This document shows positions 14,001-27,845 of a DNA stretch of 64,000 bases, in pieces. This DNA is from Iphione sp. A-MEVVRFRX5 (taxonomy: Eukaryota): positions 62,558,001-62,622,000 of the forward strand of contig OZ320316.1 of assembly GCA_976226885.1 (NCBI GenBank), in the 5' to 3' direction. Below the pieces are notes generated by a model. The model was not told the DNA's origin, did no database searches, and saw only the letters and a list, made by a program, of their open reading frames with translations. Numbering within the stretch: position 1 is the stretch's first letter; the number at the start of each line of letters is the position of its first letter. The translations under genes and the position numbers were made by a program.

Positions 14001-15537
14001 TCTGCACTGGAGTGAACTAGATTTTTCCATGTGGATATTGGTTATATCACAAGCAGTTTCTGTGCTGTAGTACCCTTACTCACCAAACCAGGCTCACATT
14101 ACAATATGTTATTGTTTCAAAACAAACCTAATTAGAAGAGAAAAAGGTTGTAAACAATATGAACTGTGAAAAAGCAAGTTCATTATTAGATCAATGGCTC
14201 TATTTCTTGTCAATTGGAAACAAATAATATAAAATTAGAATTTATAACTTTTTCCTTGATCTCGATTTTTATGTACATTTCATGAGTCATGGCAAGACCC
14301 ATGGTTAATCCCCTCATTGTTTCATTCCAGCTGCCATATCCACCCATAGCATCAAAGTCGTTTGTATATTACCCTGTTTGTCCTTCGATATTTAATTCCC
14401 TAAAAATTATTAATATAAAGTGAAGTGTGATAAGTCCCTTGTGAGAGCCCAGATGATATAGAAAGTTTAAGCCCTTATTCATAATTCGTTAGAATTATAT
14501 AATGCAGGCATTTGATTACCTCTATGCATTAGTCACTCTTAAGGTATCCATACAATATATATATACTTTTGAAATACTTAAAACACCATCGAAACTAGGA
14601 TATGATCTATACGGACCTTCACCCAGACATTAAACTGTACAAGCAAATACTTTGTATAATGATGTATTCAGTCCTAAATAAGTCATCAATGTTACTGACA
14701 TGTAGAAGAAAAGCATTTCTGCGGGTTCTTTTTCATTTATACAGTTTATTTTAGATTATATATGCTTATAAATAAAAAATATGCTATAGAAAATAACTAT
14801 TTATAAAAATATAAAATCTGCTGTATTCTGTACCTACTTCCTATGGTGATGCTGTAGCTCTTACAGCGGATATGACGTTGAGTCGTTCCATATCAACTGC
14901 CACTCGCTATGAAAAATGTTTGCTTGTTATTGTTTTTCAGTAAAGAGATTATTTATTCACTCTCTAGCCCACCTGGTTGTATCTTCTATTAACAGATTAT
15001 ATATGTTATATTTATTAACAACTACAATAAAATCATAGTATAATCTCTAGGATGTATGTGTACATGTATAAAACTTGCTGATGAACTCCTTTCAGCTTTA
15101 CCTTTCTATCGTATCTACCTATACATGACTTTGCTTGACTTCCATGGCTCTGCTCTCCTTATAGCAATTTTCTCTCCGGTGTATTGTATCAAATCTGTAT
15201 GTACCTAAGATCACTATTTCAAGCAATGATGTGGATATAGAAGCATGAGATGTTATAGTCTTTGATGACATAGAATACCATTTTAGAAAATTAACAAAAC
15301 AAAATGCAGCTCTCTACCTTTCAGCTTAGGGTAAGTGTCCATATTGTTGTATTTTTTATGTTGATCGATTTCTCTCACTTTCTGATAATTTAAGATTTAA
15401 TTGATTAATTATATTAACATGAGGTTCATGGGAGTTTTGTTGGGATGTTATGTTTTGAATATAGAACAAACAGTGGCAAAATAGTAATTCGTAATAAAAG
15501 TATGAATACGTCTACTGTTTTGACCTATGTAATTCAC

Positions 15538-15714
15538 CCGGTGGACTTTCGGTTGAAATATATAGAGGAAATCCGCATAAGGACCGAGCCAGGGACTAGG
15601 AAATTCTGGTCTCTCCTGCGGTTGGTCCCATTGGACATAGAATCTTTCTCTTTTCGGTCTCTTTCCTAATTTGGTCTCCCCTGTAGTCTAGTCTTTAACT
15701 CGGTCTCCACTGCA
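15538..15714. mobile_element. pogo/Tigger-type MITE, ~180 bp, degenerate
   Basis: Right end ggtctccactgca and left end cggtggactttcgg resemble CAGTGG-type inverted termini. Internal ggtctc/gagacc repeats are shared with 27846-28415 and 31095-31170. Confidence 0.55.
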
Positions 15715-18700
15715 TTCCAATTTATCAGTCAAATATCGTACGAATATCAAAATATGCACCGACTGAACTGAAAATGAATTATAAACGTAACTTCTTTGTT
15801 TTTCTCAGTCCTCATGCATTTGAACATAGGACAATATCCGCGTGTTCAACTTGGATGTACATGTCAAGGAAATCTAAATCTTACTCGCAAGACTAACATC
15901 AACATAAAAGAAACCATAGTTACATGCAGTAATCGTTCCCTTTTTCTGAACTTTTCCATTAAACGTTACACTTTTCCGCAATACCTTTCACAGATTCTAT
16001 CCCGACAGCGACAATGATGAAATTATTTAAGCCACGATCGATATCTTTTGAGCAAGGCACATGTATTCTTTTGAAATATTTTGCGACCATGACATGGCCC
16101 TGATGCGTCTGTATGGCTTCTCTCTGGAAGCTAACAACCAACTGGAACAGCTCTATTAAATGGATGAATTCATAAGGTTGACAGGTTGAAGGTCGCATGA
16201 AAACGAGACAGAGCGTTGTCCTGTAATTACACCAGAAAGGGCCTCGCGAAACTGTGGAATAAAATTGACAATGTATTCCCCTCCGTATACATAACCCGAG
16301 CAAATACGAAGATTCATAAGTTAGAATGGCTTTGGTAAGTGAAGTAAGTTTGACAAAACCTTAAAACAAAGTTATAGCAACACAACTCTTACCAGAGTTG
16401 CAAGGATGAAATAATTCATGCGTAATTTGCATTTGATAAAAAGACCCTTGGTTGTTTGCATTAATTCCTCATCCGAACTTCAGAGGTCCCCTTGGGTGTG
16501 GATCAAAGTCCGGTGGGACGTAAATGACAGAAGTTTTTCATATCAAACGGTATTCAATGACGGGATAGAAGTAATGGCTGAATTGGTATTATTAGTCTGG
16601 AATCATTATACTATTATAATATCTACATTCGCTATTCTTTACGGCCAAAAGTTTATGTTGGTCGATTTGCAGGACTGAATTATTCTTTTTGTGATGAATG
16701 TATTTTCTCATGCAAGGGCTCGGTAGCGTTGATTGTTCTGCGTATATGTTTGTCGTCTGCCATGCGGAGTTGTATTTCGTTTTTTTTTCTACGGAGGACA
16801 GAAACACTTGCCTGAGTGTTTTGTCTAATTTCAATCCTAACTTATTTGCTTGGTCTTTAGCGATGTGGTGATGTCGATGTTCGCGGATTCGACCAATACA
16901 CATTCTGTAACACATGAAAATTCTTTCTGTTTCAAAAAGGACCCAGTCCGGCTGTCACTAAGATTATCTATAATGTAATCAGACCTGCCGGACACGAGGG
17001 AGTCTGTTGTTGACCTCAAATAGAAAACCACTGAACTCTGAATGCACCATACAAATGTAAGGATTCTCCAAAGAGAACTCTCTACCTGACTTAACATTCT
17101 TATATCCTTTTCATGCTGTGGCTCATTGATCGACAGTTTGTCCAGACATTGCCAAAGCGATCACATTTCTTGCTTTGTGAGTGGAAGGCGCCTATTTATC
17201 TGGTGAATGTATGGTGTAATGTGCACCTTGACACGACGTCCTCTGAAAAGATATTGACATATTGGATCTGTATGTTGTTACTGAACTTCATGACCTTTTC
17301 CGTTGGCATGCATTCGTATCTGAGGCAACTATTTCCCTTCTGACTGAATGGTACTGACCACTGGCACATGTGTAATGACATACGCGCATTGCTTAAACAG
17401 TTGAAACGTGTTCTTTATACAGGTATATCAATGCGTACGAAACGAATGCGTATCCGCGCTCCATGGTGGTAAGGGACCTGTTCCTTTATTCGTATTACAG
17501 CGTTAAAGGAATACACTCATTGCCACGGGGAATAAATTGACTAGAGGGCACGGATCGGTCGGCAATCTCAATAAAACTCGGAGGATAGGTTGTCTAAGTG
17601 AACGCAAGCAGGAGCCTGGTATACCTGACGAACAATGAAACCGCAGCCATATTTATAGTATACCAGAGATATGAGCAAAGAGGTGGCGATGTACGACCGT
17701 CGGGGAAAGGTGGGAGATCTCCCAGAATCCATCTAGAGCAGGCACTTTCTAAATATTATCACCAGGCTAAAGACATTGCATTTCCATGAAGTAACGGGCC
17801 TCGGACTTTCATCCATGGGTCCATCTGTTCAAGTAACGTGCCATGCACTGCGACCATCTGGCGAGCTGAGGTTTCACCTCTTAGCGGCAGCATGTGCCGG
17901 GTTATATCAAGCTGCTGGAAATCCTAGGCAGTGTTTGGTTTCTCGGGCAGGGCAGCAGGGAACGCACTCTTTCTGTGCCAAAAAGCCTATGAATGGCCTC
18001 ATCCCTCTCATGTCTATTATGCGGTCGGTAAAAGCAAGTCGGGTGAGGCTTGGTGGCCGTGAATCTCGCGGGAGTGATGGCGGGGCGCACGAATGACGTA
18101 TTTATCTCTCAGAAAGCAAACACCAGGGGGCAAAACAATGAGCGATGGGAGGGGCACTACTCCTTAAGCGCACGAGCTGCATCCGTTCACGGCCGGTTTA
18201 GCTCGCAGATCTAATGCTTTCACACACGGCGAGGGCTCACAAACGCTTCACTCGGTAGGGGACTATGGAATTCCCGATAAGAGGCATCCGATGGACTTTA
18301 TATTTCAACCTTATTTAGCTATCGCCCGCACGAGTTCCCAGGGTTGGGAAAACGGTGAGATCATCGATTTCCCAGTGCAATGCTTGACTTGAGCTAATGT
18401 TTCTTTGAGTTTTGTAACGACACCAACCTCCTAATCACACTCTACGTTGATTGATGCCGAATAAAATAATTGTGCCCCCCCATGTGCGTCATCTCTCACC
18501 CCCTCCTTCCATCTCTCCCAGAACCCTCCCCTGGCTGTATTGGACATGCCATTCACAAAAAAATGGGAGGGGTACTGGGTGAGTGATGATCGACTACTCC
18601 CTGTGTGGTTCATTAGCAGCAGAGGCCATGTAGCCGAAGACCCGAGACCCCTGGCACCCCGCAGAGTCTACCCAAGGTCCGCTGCTCAGGGGAACTAAGG

Positions 18701-20002
18701 GGACGTTTGCGCCGGCCCCGCCCACTTCCATTTCACAAACTTATTTTACTGCTCCCATCCCGTTGTGCCCACGAAGGGGGGCAGGCCAGTGGGCCTTAAT
18801 GCTGTCCCAAGGTAGTACGCACACCCTGGGCTGGTGACCAACTGTTTCGGGCGCCCTTGGGGAGCCCTTAAATGCCACAGCGGACAGATGGTGACACCCG
18901 CTCTTTGCCACGTTATTACTGTAACAGTCCCACGGACAGTGACTTATGGATTTGATCTCAGTGCCCTAACTACTTACTGTAATCACGCCTCGGCAGGTCC
19001 AGGAAGCATGGTGAATACTACTGCCTTCTGGCGTGCAGGAGAATTAGGAAGGATCCATCAAATAGACAAGCAATCCAACGCAACTGTCTACCTTTCGTTT
19101 TCACACGAGCAGAAATGGTGACGCATCGCCTGTCTTTGTCTTCCAGCAATCAACATGCTACACACATATTTATACATGCATATATACCAACACATATATA
19201 CATGCATAAATTCAAGATTACACTCTGTAGCAACTTTAACAGCCGCACACTTTCATGATTAACTTTAAAAACGCAATAGCAATTCTGATACGAAAGTACA
19301 TTGTGTATGAAGGGGCATGTCACATCTTCATTTACCAATGGCCGTCTTTAGGTGAATCTCTGACGATGAATGTACCTTGCGCTTATGTAACAAAGAGAGT
19401 ATACTGGGTTTTACACTTAGAAGGATAACCCGATATGGAGCCAGCATAGCGGTTTTAAGAGGCTTTTATGCAGTGGACGTAGGCAAGGATGCCCGTTTTT
19501 AAATCAAGGTAAATAGCTACAGATGGAAATGTGTTGGTCGCCATGTTGAACTGCAGACGTGTTTTTCATGGGGGAGAAGCATTACGCTGTTCAAAATGTA
19601 CACACTTTGTATAACGTGCTTCTGTGTAGGGATTAGTTGTCGCGGAAAAGATAGGTAACGGAACAAAACATTTCAGTTATCCACACGTAATGGGTAAGAC
19701 CAAAACAGGACTATTTACAGGCCATTGCAGGGGATCGCTGCTTCACTTGTCGCCTCTCTATGGTGCAAATCTATGTGGATGAGAGTATTGACAATAGGCC
19801 ACCCAGCAAACAACACGGTATGGCGCACGGTGTATCATCGATGTATAATCCCCCTGTTTCTACTCGCACCCTGTCAAGCTGATATACTAGAAGGCAATGG
19901 CTCCTTGAATAATGATTGGTCTCCTGAATCATTCTTAGTGATTGAATTACATCGAAGAAATACAGTTACTTACGTGGATAACTGTATGATATACATGATA
20001 TA

Positions 20003-20340
20003 CAGTGAAACCTCAGTCTACGGACGCCCAGCCACTGCAAACAACTCCTACAATGTACAGAAGTCACTCAGAATGACAAGTTGATCAGGTCTGCCGAGGG
20101 CAGAAGCTGCAGACAGTTGGCTGAGGACTGGAAAGTAGGCACGATCCAGGTTGTCTCGATCCTAAAGAGAAAGGCTGAGCTGTCAGAAGAGTATGAGGAC
20201 CTACTTCAAGTGTTTAATGAAGAGAACACCAGAAAGAAGTTGAAGAAGACTGTCCAGACTTCCATCACCTCCTTCTTTAAGACGCCATGAACTGTACATA
20301 TATGCATATGACTGATTCCACCAATAGATATACCACCAAT
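20003..20340 (+). mobile_element. Internally deleted pogo/Tigger (Tc1-mariner superfamily) DNA transposon
   Basis: TA + CAGTGAAACCTC left terminus at 20001-20014. KLIRSAEGRSCRQLAEDWKVGTIQVVSILKRKAELSEEYE is a CENP-B/psq-type HTH, joined to a C-terminal KKLKKTVQTSITSFFK*. No right TIR found. Confidence 0.85.
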
Positions 20341-23300
20341 ATTTTCCGGGACTGCTAATGAACAGGAAAAAGAAGTAATTTATAATACAAGTAGATATTA
20401 AAACCAGTTTCTTAATGTCTTCTTGGCCCAGGCATGTCCAAAAATATTTAAAAATGTCAAATTGAACCTCATTTTCACTAAAATAAGCCAACCCAGTGAA
20501 TACCACTGGTACATCTATTGATGGAATCAGACATATACATATTTTTTATTCAATTAACTGTCCTGTTCATCGTTATGAAACAAGGGAAAGAAACTGCTGA
20601 TAAACTTCAAAGAAGACGTCTAACAAGCACTCGTTTGAAAAAGGCTGATAAGGTAAGGCGTTAAGTTCAAAAGGGTAACCTACATTTTAGGTGTATCCGG
20701 TATATGTCGCAGGTACACTGCCTTCTAGCACAGTAAAGAAGTCCCTCTTCCTTGGTTATGTATTCCTAATACACTCATCGATGTTGGCTTGAATTCGACG
20801 ACGGAGCTGATAACTGAGGTAAACGTTCTTCAAGGTAAACGATCTTCAAGGCCCTTTCGTCTTATAGGTACTAGTATCTTCTCTGCAGTGTATGTGACTA
20901 TCCCAAAATCATATTTGTCGCATAGATATGTGAATTGTCACGATGGCATTACAGTGCAAATATGAGGTAAACCTCAATGAATAATAAAGAACAGCTTCGA
21001 TTGATTATTTAAATTAATACACGCTACTTTCTAGATTTGTATTGAGAGGCAAAGCCCATGTCTCCTTCGATTACCCAGAAGGCAGTTAGTTGAATTTCAG
21101 AACAAACTTATTAAAGGGCAAAGATACTTTAAAGCTGTGTATAACTGATGGGGTATACCTGTGTGTGTCCTGGCGCTATTGTCGCCGACTATCAATTCCT
21201 CCTGCATGTTTGCTCTAATCAATTACCTTTTGTGCAATGCTATTTTATTTTCTGTCACTGGCTGTTCAATGCGAGGTCAAGTTCAGTTTCACTAATGCCG
21301 ACACAATTCTACTTTATTGATCTTCTGGTAACGTTACATGGAGTAATTCTCATGACTAATCTCTCTCCAAAAACCGACCGATCGGTATCTTTGAAAAAGC
21401 CAAGCAGGACATGTCTAAATGCATGGGCCTTAGCTTGATGCTCTGAGCAGTCACTTAAGACCTGAGCACTTCGGCGTGGCATGAGAAGCTCATTCGTCAC
21501 GAGGGGAAATAGCATCGGAGGGACTCCTATCAGCTCGGCTCTTCATGGTCAATGGAAAACAGTGTCGGGTCAGACTTGTACAGACCGCAGTCAATGCCGC
21601 CACGGGCGTTTCCTCTACTTTCTTAGCAGACTTCTTCTATTTTAATTCACGTAAATAATCCAAGACGTTGTTTCACCTAATACCCAGTATTTTATCTGTC
21701 GGTCGAAAATCATCGGTACGGGTAAATTCGACCATATACGTGTACTCGTAAACAATCTCTGTATTCGATATAAATGTTATTAGATGGTGGGCATTCTGTA
21801 GAACTTGTTACAGACTACTGCATATATAGACACCAGTAGGTCACCCTTCATTCATACTGAGTTTATTGGTGTGGGTAGCCACATCCAAATACTTTTATGT
21901 GCTCTTTTCTTCAGAATTCCCTCAAGAAAACGTACTGACATGATTCTGCTTCGGTAGGATGAAAGGACGACTGGCTTTAGGGCCGGCCCTATAGGTCATC
22001 CTATCCTAGGACATGTTAGATCTGGTCGCCAATAGAGATGATACCTTTGATGTCATGGAAGCAATCTGCTACTGACTATATTCAGATGATCAGACATTCA
22101 CGAAAAAAAAATCAGTGTTATGATAGGTGACACCAAATATGGCATCCATTACCTGTGTATATGCTTGTTTATACGCACTAGTTCAGGTATTTGACTAACA
22201 TGAAATCGTGATCCCTGGGTAGTCATACGAACCCCAAAAGAGGAGTTTTGTTGAGTGCGCACATGTTTATTTTGTGGTGTACGTCTTTGTAATATCATTC
22301 CTGAATCATGAACTGATTTTTGTTCTTATTTATGGCTGGTTGAACTTGGCGATACCGTTTCATCATGAAAGCTCCACCATGATAGGAACGTCTATACCTG
22401 ACGCGGGAAGCCAGACCAGGCACGCTAGTGTGATACCCTTGCATTATATCCAAGTGACCCTGGTGGAAGATGAACGCAACCAATTACCTATCAGCCCTAT
22501 CATCACGGACCAAGCCCGCCATTAATCACGCACGGAAGTTGATTAAACCACAATAGACTTATATACTGCAGGCTCAGTGTATCGTAAACAAGGAGAGCCT
22601 GGCGGACGATCTGGAAAATATGACGTGCATCACGTCTTGAGGTTTGACGTCTAGGAGGCCGGTATGATGAGGAACTGATGGTCGCTTAGCGGCGCCGGGG
22701 CGGTGAACGTCCTTCAGATCGATACCGCCCGGCGCCTGGATGACTCTAATTGGCTGAGATGATCTATCTTCGTCATCCGATCACCGAAGCCACAAAGACT
22801 GCGACGAACTACGCCCTGCTGTTACACGTTCAGCCGCGGATCTGGTGCGGCAGAACCTATGTCGGCGGGCAGCGCGTCCGTTGTTCCCAGAACGGCCCTT
22901 TCTCAGACACAGCAAAGGAAATCCGTCTGCTCGACGGACGCAGGCCGACACTTCCCCAAGGAGTATCACGACTAAAGTTCATAATCAGGAACCGGAGCAG
23001 ACGGCATTAAGTCAATTGTCGGATTGAAAGTCGTGTCACGTGGGCCGCCTTGTCGCTCGGGGAGTGCTTGGCATCCAGCAGACGCTCGTGTGACGTTTGC
23101 TTCCGGCGTCTTCGTTTTCTTCCCGTTTTTACATCAGTCGTTAGATGGTGAAGTGTTCCATACATATTTCAGTCCCACATTCAGGCGGTCGTCTTAGTCA
23201 CAAGAAAACGGCAGACATGCCTCTGAAGATGAAATACTGTGTTGCTGTGAGGAAATTAAATCAGACCCTTTCACTGCAACAATGGTAGCCATAATGAATC

Positions 23301-25199
23301 AGGCTGAGTGGCAGTCCTCCTCTGGTGATTGAATAACTCATCGCAATCACATGGGTGTTTTAAGAATTAGAACTCCAGATAAACTCAAAGAACAGATTAC
23401 ATATAATATTATGTAACCCCTAAACAGTAATTGTGTGATATGCATTCATCCAGGATAGGTGTAATAGGAGCTTGTGGAAAACCAATATTGTACGTGTCGA
23501 AAGACTATTTCAATAACTTTGTTTAACATCTGGCAGCAAGGTCCTATGATAAACATGCGTAAAAATCCAAAAGCACAGACAGAAAAATAGATTTTCCTTC
23601 CCCTCAATTTGTAAGCAACCGGAAATTAAAGTTGTTTTCCTTGGAATCCCTATAATTTTATCTTCTACGAGATACATGTACTTATACCATGATCATCTTG
23701 TACCGATCTGTATTATTTGCTTACTTATTCTCTACTTTTTAAGAATTATTCTCTTCATATTTTCTGGAATTCTCTACATGTAAAGGTGGCATGTAAACTT
23801 CTTTTATGCGTTTCGGTCAAGACTCGCGAGACAATACGTGGCATTAGATGGAAATTCTGACAAAGGGAAAATACAACCTTAGGTCTATAAGGAGTTGTTC
23901 TTCTTTTGTTCGACTGTGTGAAACATAAAATCGAGTTTTCAGACTTTTTTGCAGACAGAAGGTTACGGGATAACGCCTATAGCTTGTGCATTCCACGTGT
24001 ATTACCTCTGTCCTATATTATTACCCTGTGTCAATACGTATACATGTCTTATATGTGAAAGCACTGGCTGAACACAAAGCTGATGGAGATCTAAACTGGG
24101 ACAGGAGCTACTGAGAGGCCTTGTCGGTGTCTGTGTGGGCGGACGTCCGTGTTTCAGAGCGAATGCTTGTGAATGTGTCTGAGCTCCTGTCTATGTGGAT
24201 TGGGCACGGCAGCAAGCACCCATAGGCGCTAAAAGCCAGCAGCATCCCGAAACAAAAGGCTTCGCTAGCCAAATGAGCTCATTGGGAAACTGAGGCGAGG
24301 AAGAGGTGGGGACAGCAACAGTAACATGGGCCCTTCGGTATCCGCATGCGTGTTATTGGTGGGAGGCGAGATGGATTTCTCATGTTACTGTGCCAGGGTC
24401 GAGCTGCCTCTGTCTGTTCCCTACACAGGCATCTCCATTGGCCCTCTGACAGATATTCCTGAAGCAAGCGCGCTGAGATTCACAGCTCCTCTTGAGTTAC
24501 TAACAATCATCATCGCCCAGAGGATAAAAGGAATATTGCACTGATTCACTGGGTCACACGACTCCAGGCAGGTAGAAATTCATTCAGCCAGGTGGTGAAA
24601 CGGATCTCTAAAGAGTTGTACTCCGTAGCGAAACAGTTGTATGTTTACGGATATCCCGTAGTCTTGTAACAGGTCATAACACTACTTGCGCCATACGCAC
24701 TGAACTTACCAAATACATATCAGCTACAATACCCGTTTCAATGAAAACCCATACCATTTTCTCGTACAACAGTGATTTTTGTCCTCTTAGGCTCAGTATG
24801 AAACTATGTTATCGATGACGGTTGTCTTCCCAACAGAACATCCCAAGGATACACGTAATAGGACAGTTGATTTTATCTACAATTTACTTGTACCTGATAA
24901 TTACTTGTAAATCATCGTATTCACATCAATTATGTCAAGATATATTATTAGGAACATATTTTCCTTCATGCGTACTCTACTAAGATAATATTTTGTTCCA
25001 CTGTGCAATCCATTGGGGACGTTTTTCACAGTGTGGAATGATAGGATTCATGGTTTGTCTTTTATGCTGTTGTAACTTAGTTTTATATTTGCAACATTTG
25101 ACAACAAAGCAATAGTGATAAATGATTCTTCAGACTGGTGATAGAGAGTTTTTGTAGTGTGAAATGGAAAGCACATCACAATGTAAACATATGAGGGGT

Positions 25200-26600
25200 G
25201 CCAGTGCTACATTCCATATTTTAGTAATTATATTTATAGAGGACAAAATAAATAGCTCTTTTGAATTCTTGTGCAGATAGAATGTTTCTATAGAAAGCAT
25301 CCGATTTATTCCCTTGTACTGGTCCCTACCAACAAAAACAATTCTTAATTCTATTGCTTTTAGGGATGCATGTAGAGTCTTATTAAGTTGCTTGTTTTAC
25401 AATCCAATATATTACTGTCTATAGCAGTATGGACCAGTAGCAAGGTGAACTGATTCCTTCTCATATTATGGAGCTTATAATATTTATGATATTCTTCATT
25501 ATTAGTAAGCATTAAGTTGATTTCTTTAATAGAAGCAAAAATAGATAAGGCTCTTTTTTGAAGTTTTGAATTTTGTCTAGTACTTAATCCTTTATGTACG
25601 CCAGTTAGGAGCACAGTTGAATAATCAACCTAGGGCCATATTAAGGTTTTATATATCAGTATTCGGTCCCTTGCATTGATCATTTTACATATTTTATCAA
25701 GCATTATAGTCATTCTAGGGACTTATTTATGGTTATATTTGCTTCTTCATCAAATTTCAACTTATTATCAAACAGGACTCCGAGGTACCTATAACTATCC
25801 AAATATTCATTTATGTCCCGATTTAGTTTAACATGATCATTTACAGGTTTGATACTTTCTTTCCTTTTTGTTGGTATGTGTATGATATTGGTTTTCTTGA
25901 TATTAATTGGCAACAGATTCTTTCACCACCAATGTTCAATCTCACTGCAAGCTGATAGGTCCTATTCCTCACTTTAGCATTGGCTTTAAACGCATATTAG
26001 AGTATCATTAGCGAATAGTGTGACTGTGCCAGTGACAATTTTCCGTGAGTCATTGAAAAATTCTTTAACAATGGTGATCCTAAAATAGAATCTTGAGGAA
26101 ATTCCGTATTGATTTGATTTTTATGTGACTTATAATGCCATTTATCAAACCGAATAGATTTCTTCCAGCAAGATGATTTTAAATTATCTGATAGCATGAT
26201 CATCAAAATTCCATAGAGACTTTAATTTTGTAAACAGTTTTGTGTCACAAAGTATTAAATGCTTTGTCTAGATCCATAAATATCATATTTAATTGGTTAT
26301 TTGAATTAAGATTATTGTGTGCATTACACAACACATTATAGATTATAAATCTCTTGTACCTTGACCCTTCTTGAAATGACCTGATCAGCAGATAGAACGT
26401 TAATTATTACAGGGAATTCTGTTAGTTACCACTGCAATTCTTTTCCCCCAAATTGTTTATAGCAGTGGAAGTAAGGTGATTGGGTTAATGCTGTCAGTCA
26501 GGGTTTTGTCACTGTCTTTTTCGGATAGGTACAACTTTCCCTGTTTTCCAGCAAGATGGTATAGACCAGGCAGTTAGTATAATATTCAATATGGTCTTTC
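25200..26600 (-). mobile_element. CR1/L2-type LINE ORF2 RT remnant
   Basis: In order on the minus strand: SIPSCWKTGKVVPI, INPITLLPLL, FMDLDKAFNTL*H, INTEFPQDSILGSPLL, INIKKTNIIHI, YRYLGVLFDNKLKFDE. Confidence 0.92.
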
Positions 26601-26749
26601 ATGTGGGACTCAGGTCCCAGAGACAAACTAAATTGTGTAGCAGGCCTTGGCATCATTCTGCCCCCCCCCACAGCTCTGTTGCTCCTACCCATCCCCCCAT
26701 CCCGCCCTGCACTACTTTTGTCCCCAGAATGCCACCTTGTCAGTCTGTC

Positions 26750-27300
26750 CCACTTTGAGTCAAGCCAGGGTCCATATTTCATCCAGGCCAACAGCAAAGT
26801 AATTCAAAGTCACATAGACATCAGCAGACACCAGCAGTGATGATTGGACAGTTGGTACAGGCAGTGGAAATAATCTTTATATACTAGCCATCTGTTTGAC
26901 CTAGTTTTAGTTATGGTACTAATAAGCTTCAGTATCATTAGTAGCTGGGATGATTTTTTGCATTTACCCATGACTATGCATAAGGACGGAAAGATTACCA
27001 AGCAGGCTATGTTTGTAACACTCCTGTATGCTCACTCATGTAAACACCTAGGTAGTCTCAGTTTTAAACATTCACATGAGCAACCAGACATCACCAAGGG
27101 ATACACTAGTCCAACAGATCAGGGTTTAGCCAGAAATCAATATTTTTGAGGGCAGAGACTATTTTACATTAGACCCAGGTTCATCTTCAGCAGCCCCTGC
27201 CCAGTTATCCCCAATAACCTGTTGACAGTTCCAGTGCCTGCATGAATCAATGTCCCCTGCTGACAATCCTGCACTGCTAACTGACTCTGGCTTGCAAGAC
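26750..27300 (+). mobile_element. Probable LINE RT C-terminal remnant in the opposite orientation
   Basis: HQQ**LDSWYRQWK resembles LQxDLDxLxxWxxxW, and CKHLGSLSFKHSHEQ resembles the KYLG motif. Heavily decayed. Confidence 0.45.
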
Positions 27301-27439
27301 TACCATCCATGACTATGAACAATTATCATGTCATGTTTATATTCTCTTTTTCTATAATGCATAATTTTATCCCATGTGAATTTCCATTTGTTACATTGTT
27401 CTAATTGTCCAAGGATATCTTTGTTACTGTTGTAATGAG

Positions 27440-27630
27440 GAAGGTCACTAAAACATTGAAACATTAAATAGGTGTGTTACTTGATATCTTGTCTTTACTA
27501 ATATTTTTTTCATAATTTTAGATGAAATAACTTCCACATTTGAAGCTTTTTTGGCATCAACTCCTAAAAATAATTTCGTTACCTCTTCCACATTAGTCTG
27601 TCCGATAGAGAATCTGCCTACATCGGCCAT
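27440..27630 (-). mobile_element. LINE ORF2 fragment from just upstream of the RT core
   Basis: FSIGQTNVEEVTKLFLGVDAKKASNVEVISSKIMKKI...VTHLFNVSM matches the EEVxKLxxxLxxKKAxGxDxISxKILK...THLFNxS segment of CR1/L2 ORF2. Confidence 0.7.
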
Positions 27631-27845
27631 GCTTAACCATATAAGGGTGAATGATTCCTTGAAACTTCACAAACAAAGCCCTGGTGATGCCTGGAGGCAT
27701 TCCCTTCTAAGGGTGAATGATGCCTGACATCATGCACCAGGCTACATCTTATTCAGAATTGTTTTCAATTAAAACATAAAAGAAACACGTAAATTTGTTA
27801 TTAGTATTTTATTCATCATTGTTATTGACAATGTATACCAAACCT

